Shown: positions 1 through 8,665 of the stretch, piece by piece
How positions within the stretch are numbered: position 1 is the first letter of the stretch
How the letters are laid out: each line of letters opens with the position of its first letter
Origin: an uncultured Thermotogae bacterium
GTDB taxonomy: Bacteria > Bipolaricaulota > Bipolaricaulia > RBG-16-55-9 > JAJCYT01
Assembly (NCBI GenBank): GCA_964572855.1
Contig: CAZNGF010000001.1
Coordinates: 14,099 to 78,098 of the forward strand
Direction: 5' to 3'
DNA length: 64,000 bases
Made by a program: the position numbers and the translations under genes
The notes under the pieces: generated by a model
Databases searched by the model: none
Seen by the model: only the letters and a program-made list of their open reading frames with translations
Told to the model about the DNA's origin: nothing

Positions 1-383
1 CAGGGGAAACGTTTTTTGACCTCGGCCGGGCTCACCAGCTCGGCCTCGACGCCCCAGGCCTTGGCCGAGGTGACGCGCCGCCGCAGCTCGGCCACCCGCT
101 CCTCGGTGCGCGCCAGCTCGAAGCCGCCGCACGTGCGGTTCAGGCCCATCTTCTCGTACTGCTGCTGGCTGTCGACCGTGAGCTCGGTGGTGATTTTGTT
201 GTGGTCCACAGGATAGATGAAGTTGGATGCGTGCCCGGTGGAGCCGCCCGGGTTGGGCAGCGGCCCCTTGTCGATCATGACCATGTCGGTCCAGCCGTGC
301 TCGGCCAGGTGGTAGACGATGCTGTTGCCCACGATCCCCGAACCGATAATCACGACCTGTGCGTGTTGCGGCAACGTGCTCAT
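1..383 (-). CDS. FAD-dependent oxidoreductase, DAO family (sarcosine/dimethylglycine oxidase-like N-terminus). Partial: the 3' end lies outside the window.
   Basis: Reverse-strand translation begins MSTLPQHAQVVIIGSGIVGNSIVYHLAEHGW, a Rossmann GxGxxG FAD-binding fold. An AAGGAGG Shine-Dalgarno lies 7 nt upstream of the ATG. Third-position GC bias is consistent with coding. The frame runs off the window start. Confidence 0.6.
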   Translation of the reverse strand, partial: MSTLPQHAQVVIIGSGIVGNSIVYHLAEHGWTDMVMIDKGPLPNPGGSTGHASNFIYPVDHNKITTELTVDSQQQYEKMGLNRTCGGFELARTEERVAELRRRVTSAKAWGVEAELVSPAEVKKRFP

Positions 384-404
384 GCGTTCCCTCCTTCAGT
401 CTTT

Positions 405-1028
405 CTACCAGGTTAGTTGCGCGCGAATGTGCTCGATGAAGCGTCGCGTGTGGTCCTCCAGGATGCGCGCCGTCTCCTCCTCGTCGCGTGCCTTGAGCGC
501 CTTTAGCAGCGCGCCGAACTCCGTGCTCAGGTCCTCATAGTAGGCGTCCTGCTGCGAATAGGTCCAGATGCGCACGGCCTGGTTGCGCAGCATCTCGAGC
601 GTGCGCACCAACACCTCGTTGCGGGTGGCCCGGTTGAAGCGGTCGTGGAAGGCCGAATCCAGGCGCATGAGCGCCTTGGGGTCGCCCGCCTCGCGCATCT
701 GGGCGATCAAGCCCTCGAGCGCGGCCAGGTCCTCCTCGGTGGCCCGGGCCACCGCCAGGCGCGCGGCCAGCCTGACCAAGTGCGCGCGCAGCTCGAACAC
801 GTCCTTGAGGTTTTGGAACCCCACCTCGGTGACGATCGTGCCGCTGTTGGGGATGATGCGCACCAATCCCTCGCACTCCAGCCGGATGAGCGCTTCGCGC
901 ACGGGCGTGCGGCTCACCCCGAACTCGTCGATGAGCGCCTTCTCGCGCAGCACCTGGCCGGGCTCGTAGTCCAACAGGACGATGCGCTCCTTGAGCGACG
1001 CGTAGATCCGATCCTGTTCGTGCTCCAT
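405..1028 (-). CDS. GntR-family transcriptional regulator (FadR/FCD subfamily)
   Basis: 207-aa ORF with an N-terminal GntR winged-helix region (LKERIVLLDYEPGQVLREKALIDEFGVSRTPVREAL) and an FCD-type C-terminal domain. It lies immediately upstream of the oxidoreductase on the same strand. Confidence 0.8.
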   Translation of the reverse strand: MEHEQDRIYASLKERIVLLDYEPGQVLREKALIDEFGVSRTPVREALIRLECEGLVRIIPNSGTIVTEVGFQNLKDVFELRAHLVRLAARLAVARATEEDLAALEGLIAQMREAGDPKALMRLDSAFHDRFNRATRNEVLVRTLEMLRNQAVRIWTYSQQDAYYEDLSTEFGALLKALKARDEEETARILEDHTRRFIEHIRAQLTW

Positions 1029-1188
1029 GGGGTCGCCTTCGATATGCTTTTGATATATTGGTGTTATCTCATTAATATAGCGAGCGTGGCGGCCATGTCA
1101 AGCCTTGCCTCCTTGCGCGTGAAAATCGGCTTGATATCGTCAGAGGCGCACACGACACTCCGGCCGTCCCGTACCCGAAGGGGGAGCG

Positions 1189-1941
1189 ATGAAACACGTC
1201 ACCTTCGAAGTGTTCCCGAGCGACAAGCTCAAGCTCGATCTCGTCCCGGCATCGTGGACGCTTGCGATCACCTGTACCGCCGAAGAACTCCAGCCCACGC
1301 TCGACCTTTACGAAAGACTCGGGTCGGATCACACGCCGCACCTCTCGGCCGCGCTGGTGGAGAGCGAGGCGCACGCGCGCGAGCTGGCCGGGGTGTTCAC
1401 CGACCAACTGTTTCTGATCGGTGGTGACCTCGACCCGCGCGGTCCGTTCGAGCGCTCGGCCCAGCTGCTGCCGTACTTCCAACACTGCGATGAACTGGGC
1501 GTGGCCAGTTATCCCGAGGGTCACCCCTCGTACGCTTACGAGGAACTGGGCGACGAGATCCTGTTGGAAAAGCAGTCCCTGGGCGCGACCTACGCCGCCA
1601 CGCAGATGTGCTTCGACCCCGACAAAATCGTTGCCTGGGTCAAGCGGGTCCGGGACAAGGGGATCACCCTGCCGATTCAATGCGGCGTGGCCCCGCCGAT
1701 CAGCGCGCCCAAGCTAACGCAGTTCGCGCTGCGCTGCGGCGTGAACACCTCGCTCAGCTTCATCAAGAAGATGTCCTTCAAGGACACGGTGCGCATGGCC
1801 AGCCGCTACGATCCGCGCCCGCTGATGGAGGCCGTCTACGACCACGTGGACGGCTTCCACATCTACACCTTCAACGCGGTCAAGACGACGCGCAATTGGG
1901 TCGAGGAGACGCCGTGGCTGCACGAGCTGGTCGCGAACTGA
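1189..1941 (+). CDS. Methylenetetrahydrofolate reductase-like protein (MetF family)
   Basis: 250-aa ORF with an AAGGGGGAG Shine-Dalgarno. The fold resembles MTHFR (DLYERLGSDHTPHLSA...LIGGD...GHPS). It is divergent from the gntR gene. Confidence 0.6.
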   Translation: MKHVTFEVFPSDKLKLDLVPASWTLAITCTAEELQPTLDLYERLGSDHTPHLSAALVESEAHARELAGVFTDQLFLIGGDLDPRGPFERSAQLLPYFQHCDELGVASYPEGHPSYAYEELGDEILLEKQSLGATYAATQMCFDPDKIVAWVKRVRDKGITLPIQCGVAPPISAPKLTQFALRCGVNTSLSFIKKMSFKDTVRMASRYDPRPLMEAVYDHVDGFHIYTFNAVKTTRNWVEETPWLHELVAN

Positions 1942-1953
1942 GGGGAAACCGAT

Positions 1954-3126
1954 ATGGCCCTGGGTGATGTCGTGCTGCACGATCCCGAGCAACGGCAGTG
2001 GCTCGCCTTTCACGATCCCATCGAAATCGTCAAGACAAACGAGATCGGTGCGGTATTCCCCGCGCTCCGGCGCGTCGAGGGGGCGGTCGAGCACGACGGT
2101 CTCTACGCCGCTGGCTTCCTGAGTTACGAGGCCGCCCCGGCCTTCGACTCGGCCTTCACCGTTCTTGATCCCGACCCGGGGCTGCCGCTGCTCTGGTTCG
2201 GCCTCTACCGCGAACCGGCCGTCTGCGCCCCGCCCGGGGCCGGTTCCGCGGGCTACGCGCTCGGGCCCTGGGAGCCGTCCGCCGACTGGCCCGCCTACGA
2301 GCGGGCGTTCGCGCGCGTGTACGGGGCGATCGCGGCCGGCGAGACCTATCAGGTCAACCTCACCTACCGGCTGCGGGCGCGCTGGTCGGGCGACGCCTGG
2401 CCGCTGTTCGTCAACCTGGCGGGGGCCCAGGGCGGCGGGGGGTATGCGGCCTGGGTCGACACCGGCCGCCACGCGCTCTGCTCGGCCTCGCCGGAGCTGT
2501 GCTTCCGCCGTGCGGGAGAGGCGATCGCGACGCGCCCGATGAAGGGCACGGCCCCGCGCGGGAGGACCGCAGCCGAGGACGAAGCCAATGCCCGCTGGCT
2601 GGCGCGTTCCGAGAAGGATCGGGCCGAGAACGTCATGATCGCCGACATGATCCGCAACGACCTGGGCCGGATCGCCGAGCCGGGCTCGGTGCGCGTGCCG
2701 AAGCTGTTCACGGTCGAGCGCTACCCGACCGTGCTCCAGCTCACCTCGACCGTGACGGCGCGCAGCGGCGCCCCGCTCAGCGGGGTGTTTGGCGCGCTGT
2801 TCCCGTGTGCCTCGATCACGGGCGCGCCCAAGGTGAGCACGATGCGCCTGATCGCTTCGATCGAAACCGCCCCGCGCGGCGTTTACACGGGCTGCATCGG
2901 CTACGCGGCCCCCGGCCAGCGGGCGCAGTTCAACGTGGCCATCCGCACGGTCACGGTCGACCGCGAGGCGGGCACGGCCGAGTACGGCGTGGGCGGCGGG
3001 GTCGTGGCGGACTCCACTGCGGAAGCCGAGTACCGCGAGTGCGCGCTCAAGGCCGAGGTGCTCAGCGCCCGCACGACGGCGCCCGTAGGGCAAGCCCGTC
3101 GATCCGCACAACCCGCCGGCGTTTGA
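1954..3126 (+). CDS. Chorismate-binding enzyme, aminodeoxychorismate synthase component I-like (PabB family)
   Basis: 390-aa ORF carrying the conserved chorismate-utilising motifs (TYQVNLTYR, SASPELCF, PMKGTAPRG, ENVMIADMIRNDLGRI, PCASITGAPK). Confidence 0.75.
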   Translation: MALGDVVLHDPEQRQWLAFHDPIEIVKTNEIGAVFPALRRVEGAVEHDGLYAAGFLSYEAAPAFDSAFTVLDPDPGLPLLWFGLYREPAVCAPPGAGSAGYALGPWEPSADWPAYERAFARVYGAIAAGETYQVNLTYRLRARWSGDAWPLFVNLAGAQGGGGYAAWVDTGRHALCSASPELCFRRAGEAIATRPMKGTAPRGRTAAEDEANARWLARSEKDRAENVMIADMIRNDLGRIAEPGSVRVPKLFTVERYPTVLQLTSTVTARSGAPLSGVFGALFPCASITGAPKVSTMRLIASIETAPRGVYTGCIGYAAPGQRAQFNVAIRTVTVDREAGTAEYGVGGGVVADSTAEAEYRECALKAEVLSARTTAPVGQARRSAQPAGV

Positions 3127-3209
3127 GTAAAACGCGCGGGCAGCCAAGCCCAGCGGAGCCAAACCGGAGTCGGCGTCCACTACCCTCCCCGCACACCAAG
3201 GGAGGAACC

Positions 3210-4376
3210 ATGACACGTCGTCTCGCACGTTTCAGCGCCATCGGCTTGCCCCTTCTCCTCACGCTGTTGCTGGGTCACGCAGCGGCCACAGCCCAGATCG
3301 CGGGATGCAGTCTCCCCGTGCCGGTCAACTTGGAACCCCAGGACGGGGCCCTGCGCGCCTCACTCACCCCCACGCTCAAGGTCGGCTTGTCTCAAGGCGT
3401 GTTCGGGCCGTGCTCTCTCAATATCGTGCGCTGGCAGGTCTTCTACGCGCCCAGCTCGGGCTCGTTTCCCTTGATCGACGAGTTTAGGAGCGGGGCGAGT
3501 CCGGAGCGGTTCCAGTTCACGGTGCCGGCGGGCAAGTTGCGCCCTGGCACGGACTACGCTTGGCGCGTCGTGCTGACCTTCATCAAGGACGACAACAGCG
3601 TCACCACGCAGGCACTCAGCACGCTCACGACCTTCACCACGACCTACGTCGTCGACGGCGCGTGCGCGGCGCTGCCGCAACCGACGTTGGTGAGCCCGCG
3701 CAATGACGTGGCGGGGGTCTCGCTCACCCCAGAGCTGGAGATCCGCGCCTTTCTGATCGGCGTGGATGCCCCGTGCCGTTGGGAGACAACCGAGTGGCAA
3801 ATCTCGCGCGAGCCGGGCTTCCATACGCTGGAGTTGAGCGAGACCCGTCTCGAGACACTTTCGATCGAACCCGGCTTGCTGCGGGTTCCGGCAGGCGTGC
3901 TCCAGCCGGAGACCGTGTATTACTGGCGCGCGCGGCTGATTCAGGGCAGCGGGTTCTTCGCGCGGGTCGAATCCCCCTGGAACGCGGCGCGCTTTCGTAC
4001 GGGCGCCGGCTCGGGGGCGCGCCCGCAAGCGCCGACGCCTGCCTGTAGCGCGCTTCCCTTGCCCGTTCATATCGCGCCCGCAAATGGCGCTACCGTGTCG
4101 CCGACGCCCACGCTGGAGATGTTCCTCCCCGGCCTGCCCGACGGCTGCGAACACGACGAAACGGCCTGGCAGGTATTCGACGCGGCCGGCAACTACGTCT
4201 ACCAGACGGGGTTTACCGCGCTGGCGCACACGAGTTTGACGGTTCCAGCGGGCACCCTGGGCGCCGGTGCGACCTACGGCTGGCGCGTCAAGGTCGTCGC
4301 GCGCGGCGCGGGCCCCAACGGGTCGGACGTGTTCTCCGACTGGACGGATCTGACCTACTTCACGACGCAGTCGTGA
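3210..4376 (+). CDS. Secreted protein with three tandem ~115-aa FN3-like repeats
   Basis: The ATG at 3210 is preceded by AAGGGAGGA, and the N-terminus is a signal peptide (MTRRLARFSAIGLPLLLTLLLGHAAATAQ). Three internal repeats each carry a C..LP.P...P...L.P.L....Y.WR motif. The 625-aa track ORF from 2499 is an upstream run-on of the same frame. Confidence 0.7.
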   Translation: MTRRLARFSAIGLPLLLTLLLGHAAATAQIAGCSLPVPVNLEPQDGALRASLTPTLKVGLSQGVFGPCSLNIVRWQVFYAPSSGSFPLIDEFRSGASPERFQFTVPAGKLRPGTDYAWRVVLTFIKDDNSVTTQALSTLTTFTTTYVVDGACAALPQPTLVSPRNDVAGVSLTPELEIRAFLIGVDAPCRWETTEWQISREPGFHTLELSETRLETLSIEPGLLRVPAGVLQPETVYYWRARLIQGSGFFARVESPWNAARFRTGAGSGARPQAPTPACSALPLPVHIAPANGATVSPTPTLEMFLPGLPDGCEHDETAWQVFDAAGNYVYQTGFTALAHTSLTVPAGTLGAGATYGWRVKVVARGAGPNGSDVFSDWTDLTYFTTQS

Positions 4377-4432
4377 CAACGCGAGGCCGCGGGTCACCCA
4401 CGACCCGCCGGTGTCCGGTATAATCGGCTGGT

Positions 4433-4837
4433 ATGAATGCTTCACCGGCCCGATGGGGTTACATCGCCGCCGGCTGTGGATGCCTCGGCCTCGGCGCGCT
4501 CGGTGTTGTCCTGCCCGTGGTGCCGACCACGCCGTTCGTGCTGCTGGCCGCTTGGTGCTTCTCGCGCGGCTCGCAGCGCCTGCATCGCTGGCTGCTGGCG
4601 CATCGTCACTTCGGCCCCCTGGTGCGCGATTGGGAAAGCAACCGGGTCATCCGGCGCCGCGCCAAGGTCCTGGCCACGGCGGTGATGGTGCCGCTGGTCG
4701 GGTTCATGACCCCCTTCGCCGACGTCCCCGCGTGGACCAAGCTGCTGGCGGCGGCGCTGGCCGCCTGGGGGCTGGTGTTCATCTGGACCAAGCCGTCCGA
4801 GACGCCGGCCGAGGCCGCCGCGCGGGGTTCCCGGTAG
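4433..4837 (+). CDS. ybaN: DUF454 inner-membrane protein (YbaN family)
   Basis: 134 aa with two TM segments and the YbaN-like LPVVPTTPFVLLAAWCFSRGSQRLHRWL motif. Confidence 0.7.
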   Translation: MNASPARWGYIAAGCGCLGLGALGVVLPVVPTTPFVLLAAWCFSRGSQRLHRWLLAHRHFGPLVRDWESNRVIRRRAKVLATAVMVPLVGFMTPFADVPAWTKLLAAALAAWGLVFIWTKPSETPAEAAARGSR

Positions 4838-5034
4838 GCAACGCGGCGCGAGCGCGCCGTCCTTGCTGTCCCGTGGGCTTGGGCGGCGTCGGGGCGTGGA
4901 CAGGCTGCTGAACGTTGCAAGCCCGCCCCGGCCGCGTAATATCTGACGTGACGGTCTTGCGGGTCGGGCATGGCCCTCCGCCGAGCGGCGGTGCACGTCA
5001 TTGGATTCCATTCGATTCCCCAAAGGAGCGCAGG

Positions 5035-5472
5035 ATGTCCACGTGGGTCGCGGTGTTGGTGGCGCTGGCCGTGGGAACGGCGATCTCGACGCAGAGCAGT
5101 TTCAGCGCGGTGATGGCCCGCCACGCCGGTCTCTGGCCCACGGCCTTCGTCGTCCACGTCGTCGGGGTGTTCGTCTCGCTGGTGCCGCTCTGGTTCTACC
5201 GAAGCCAGTCAAACTGGGCGGGGCTGGCTCAGACGCCCTGGTACGCTTACCTGGGCGGGGCGCTCGGGGTCGTGATCATCGCGGGGATCGCCTACCTCGT
5301 TGGCCACGTTGGCGTCACGGCGGGTGTCTCGATCGTGATCGCCGCCCAGCTGACGGCCGCCCTTCTGATCGACCACTTCGGCTGGTTCGGGATCACGGTG
5401 CAGCCCGTGGACTGGCTCAAGTTGCTGGGCGTGGCGCTGCTGATCGTTGGGGCGCGGCTGGTGTTGCGGTAG
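5035..5472 (+). CDS. DMT-superfamily transporter, DUF606/YdcZ-like
   Basis: 145-aa hydrophobic protein starting MSTWVAVLVALAVGTAISTQ, with AAGGAG 8 nt upstream of the ATG. A TTGCAA-16-TAATAT promoter lies about 95 nt upstream. Confidence 0.65.
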   Translation: MSTWVAVLVALAVGTAISTQSSFSAVMARHAGLWPTAFVVHVVGVFVSLVPLWFYRSQSNWAGLAQTPWYAYLGGALGVVIIAGIAYLVGHVGVTAGVSIVIAAQLTAALLIDHFGWFGITVQPVDWLKLLGVALLIVGARLVLR

Positions 5473-5495
5473 AAAGGGGACGGGAAAGACGGCGT

Positions 5496-8400
5496 TTAGC
5501 CAGCCTCCAGCAGCTCGTCCACCCGCGCCAGCACGTCCGCGAAGCTGTGCCGTTCGGCCTTCGCACGAATTTGCTTCCAGCGCGCGAGCGGGAGTCGGCC
5601 TTCCATATCGGCCAGGATGGTGCGCGCGTTTTCCCGCATGTACTGCATCGTGTGCAGGCGCGCCATCGCGGTCAGGAGCTCGGCCGCCGGCTCATGCTTC
5701 CCCTCTTGCCCGAGCTGCCGCCCCAGGAACACGACCGCGTCCATGATGAGCCAGGTGACGTCGGTGGCGCGCGCGATCGAAAGCCCTTCGTGTAGATGGG
5801 CACGGGCCTCGTCGCGCAGGCCCATTCGGTGTTCGGTTTCGCTCAGGTTGGCAAGCGTCATGGCCGTCCCGGTGGCGTAGCCGAGGCGGCGGCTGACCGC
5901 CAGGGCCTGGAGGTAGTGTTCCTGGGCCCGGTCGTAGGCCGCCAGCGCGTTGGTCGCCCCGCCCAGGTTGTTGAACACGGTGTGTTCGCCCCAGGCCACG
6001 CCCAGATCGCGAAAGTGAGCCGCCGCCCGCTCGTAGAACGGAATCGCCTCCTCAAATTCCTCCTGCGCGTAGTGCAGGTTCCCGCGGTTGTTGAGCGCCT
6101 TGGCCAGCACGAAGCGGTCTCCCAGGCCTTCGCAGAGCTGCTGGCATGCCTCGTAGTGCCGGCCGGCCGCCTCGTAGTCGCCGCGGTCGAAGCCCAGGAT
6201 CCCCAGGTTCAGGCGCGCGGTGGCCGCGCCGTAGGCGTCCCCCTCCGCTTCGAACGCCGCCAGGCTGCGCTGGAGCAACGCCTCGGCCTGCTCGTAGCGC
6301 CCCGCGTTCTCGTGCACGAGCCCCAGGCCGAACAGGGCCGCGCCCGCGCGGGCCGCTTCCAGCATCGCCAGCGCGGCCTCCAGCTCCCGCTGGGCGGATT
6401 CCAGTCTCCCCAGGTGGAAGTGAAAGCGACCTAGCCGGATGCGGGCTTCCGCGCCCGCCCGGGCCAGCGACTCGTCCCCCGCCAACGCGTCCACGGCCTC
6501 CGAGAACGCCCGCGCACCCTCATGGAACCAGCCGCGCATCTCGAATAACAGGTAGAGTCCCTCGATGAACGGCTCGCACAGGTCGGGGCGCTCGGCCAGG
6601 CTCCAGCGCCAGGCGGCGTGCACGTTGTCCATCTGCAGCCCGAATTCCCGCAGCGCCTCCAGCTGGCGCGCGCCCTTGAGCGCCTCGGCCCAACGCGCCG
6701 CGCGCGCCCCATAGTGCGCTGCGTGCGCGGCGTGCACGGCCGTGGCGCGCCCGGGATCATCGCGCAGACGCTCCAGCGCGAACTGGCGCAAAAGCTCATG
6801 CGTTTCGAAGTACCCGTCGGCCGTGTGCCGGACGAAGGACTTGCTCATCAGCGAGGACAGGTCGGCCAGCGAAACCCCTACCGCGGCGGCCGCCTCGCGC
6901 GGGAAGGCGCCGCGGAAGGCGCCGAGCCCGCTGAGCGCTGAGCGCTCGGCGTCGCCGAGCGAGGCCCAGGAGTACTCGAAGCTGGCCCGCACGCTGCGGT
7001 GGCGCTCGGGGGCGCCGCGCCGCTCGCCCGAGAGGAAGTCGAGCCCCCGCTCGATCTCGGCGGCGATCTCGCCCGGCGGCAGCATTCCGGTCCAGGCGGC
7101 CGCCAGCTCGATGGCCAGCGGCATCCCCTGCAGCAGGCGACAGATGCGATCGATCGCATCCCGATCGACACGGGACGGCGAGCACTGCGGATCGGCGGCG
7201 CGGGCGCGCTCCAGGAACAGGGACACGGCCTCGGGCTCGGCGTCTTCCGCATCCGTCCAGGCAAGCCCTTCGAGCGGGAAGAGGGACTCCCCGGCCGCCC
7301 CCAGCCGGGCGCGCGAGGTCACCAGGCAGGTGAGCGCCGGGGCGGCCTGCAGCCAGACCAGCAGCGCGTCGGCCCCCTCGATCACGTGGTCGAAGTTGTC
7401 CAGGATGAGGCACATGCGCTTCTCGCTCAGGTAGGCGGCCAGCTGATCCCGAGGCGCGTCGCGGCCGAAGAAGCGGAAGTCGAGCGCCTGGGCCACCTCG
7501 TAGACGATGCCCTCGGCCGAGCCCACGCCGGCCAGCCCGACCCAGAAGACCCCGTCCGGGAAGGCGTCCAGATTGGATCGTGCCGCCTCCAGCGCCAGCC
7601 GCGTCTTGCCGGCGCCGCCGGGCCCGACCAGCGTGAGCAGGCGGCAGGCGGGGTCGCGCAGTCGGGCCCCAAGCGCCTCGAGCTCGCGCCCGCGCCCGAC
7701 GAGCGCGCTCAGCGGTGCCGGCAGGTTGTGGGGGGCGCGCCGCCGCGGGAGCGGCAGTTCGTGTGCCTTGATCTGGAGGTAGAGGTTGCGGGTGGCCGGG
7801 CTCGGCTCGCCCCCCAGGTGGTCTTTGAGCGCGCCGACGCCGGCGTGATAGGCTTCCAGCGCGCGCCGGTGCTCCCCCAGGTAGTGGTGGAAGCGCATGC
7901 AAAGGCGAATCGCGCCCTCGCGAAAGGGCGCCTCGGTTAGCAGTTTTCCCAGGTGCTCCAACCCGCGGCGGTACTGACCCAGCTCGCCGTGGCAGGCGGC
8001 CGCGCGTTCGAGCGCGTCCAGGCGTGCGTCCCCCAACCGGTCCCGCAAGGGCGCGCTCCAGTCCTCGTACAGGTCCTCCACCAAGACGGGGCCGCGGTAC
8101 AGAGCCAGCGCCCGCTCGTAAGCCTCAAGCGCCGCGCGCCAGCGCTCGGTGCGCGCCAGGGAGTTCGCTTGCTCCAACCCGGCCGAAAACGCCTCGACGT
8201 CGATCCAACAGGGCGCCTCCCGGCTCAAGCAGTAGCCGCCCTCCACCGCCCGCACGTAGCGCGAATCCGCGCCGCGTTTCAGCCCCGGCTCCAGCGCGCG
8301 CCGCAGCTCGCTCACGCGGCCCCGCAGGTTCTTCAGCACCTTGTCGGGGTCGCCCTCGGGGTAGAGCCGCTCGATGAGCTGGTCCGTGGTGAACACCCGC

Positions 8401-8531
8401 CCGCGCTCGCTCAGGAGCACCTTGAACAGCGTGCGCGTCTTGCGCCGACCCCAGGTCGCGTCGGGGACGGCCTCACCGTCCCGCAGCACCTGGAACGCGC
8501 CGAACATCCGGACCTCCAAAGTCTGTCCCAT
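5496..8531 (-). CDS. SARP/AfsR-like regulator: N-terminal OmpR-type winged helix + BTAD domain, NB-ARC (STAND) ATPase, C-terminal TPR repeats
   Basis: 1011 aa. The N-terminus (MGQTLEVRMFGAFQVLRDGEAVP...TRTLFKVLL) is an OmpR/BTAD DNA-binding domain. A Walker A motif (LVGPGGAGKTRLALEAA) follows, with hDD (CLILDNFDH), then many TPR-like repeats. Confidence 0.85.
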   Translation of the reverse strand: MGQTLEVRMFGAFQVLRDGEAVPDATWGRRKTRTLFKVLLSERGRVFTTDQLIERLYPEGDPDKVLKNLRGRVSELRRALEPGLKRGADSRYVRAVEGGYCLSREAPCWIDVEAFSAGLEQANSLARTERWRAALEAYERALALYRGPVLVEDLYEDWSAPLRDRLGDARLDALERAAACHGELGQYRRGLEHLGKLLTEAPFREGAIRLCMRFHHYLGEHRRALEAYHAGVGALKDHLGGEPSPATRNLYLQIKAHELPLPRRRAPHNLPAPLSALVGRGRELEALGARLRDPACRLLTLVGPGGAGKTRLALEAARSNLDAFPDGVFWVGLAGVGSAEGIVYEVAQALDFRFFGRDAPRDQLAAYLSEKRMCLILDNFDHVIEGADALLVWLQAAPALTCLVTSRARLGAAGESLFPLEGLAWTDAEDAEPEAVSLFLERARAADPQCSPSRVDRDAIDRICRLLQGMPLAIELAAAWTGMLPPGEIAAEIERGLDFLSGERRGAPERHRSVRASFEYSWASLGDAERSALSGLGAFRGAFPREAAAAVGVSLADLSSLMSKSFVRHTADGYFETHELLRQFALERLRDDPGRATAVHAAHAAHYGARAARWAEALKGARQLEALREFGLQMDNVHAAWRWSLAERPDLCEPFIEGLYLLFEMRGWFHEGARAFSEAVDALAGDESLARAGAEARIRLGRFHFHLGRLESAQRELEAALAMLEAARAGAALFGLGLVHENAGRYEQAEALLQRSLAAFEAEGDAYGAATARLNLGILGFDRGDYEAAGRHYEACQQLCEGLGDRFVLAKALNNRGNLHYAQEEFEEAIPFYERAAAHFRDLGVAWGEHTVFNNLGGATNALAAYDRAQEHYLQALAVSRRLGYATGTAMTLANLSETEHRMGLRDEARAHLHEGLSIARATDVTWLIMDAVVFLGRQLGQEGKHEPAAELLTAMARLHTMQYMRENARTILADMEGRLPLARWKQIRAKAERHSFADVLARVDELLEAG

Positions 8532-8665
8532 ACGTCCATCCTCGGGGCTCGGGATGAGACGATTATAGCCCAGCGAGCCGCCCGGACGCGCCCGCCGGAG
8601 TCCCGCCGGAGCCGGACCGGAGTCCCGGGGGGCTACAGTGCGCTCAACGCAGAAAAGGAGGCTTC

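Noticed and set aside
1714-3228. 504-aa minus-strand ORF
   Set aside because: It is antisense to the metF-like and pabB-like genes, has no recognisable domains, and is typical of spurious long ORFs in GC-rich DNA.
2499-4376. 625-aa plus-strand ORF suggesting a much longer protein
   Set aside because: The first ~235 codons are an out-of-gene run-on overlapping the pabB-like gene in another frame. A signal peptide, a Shine-Dalgarno and the repeat structure all begin at the ATG at 3210.
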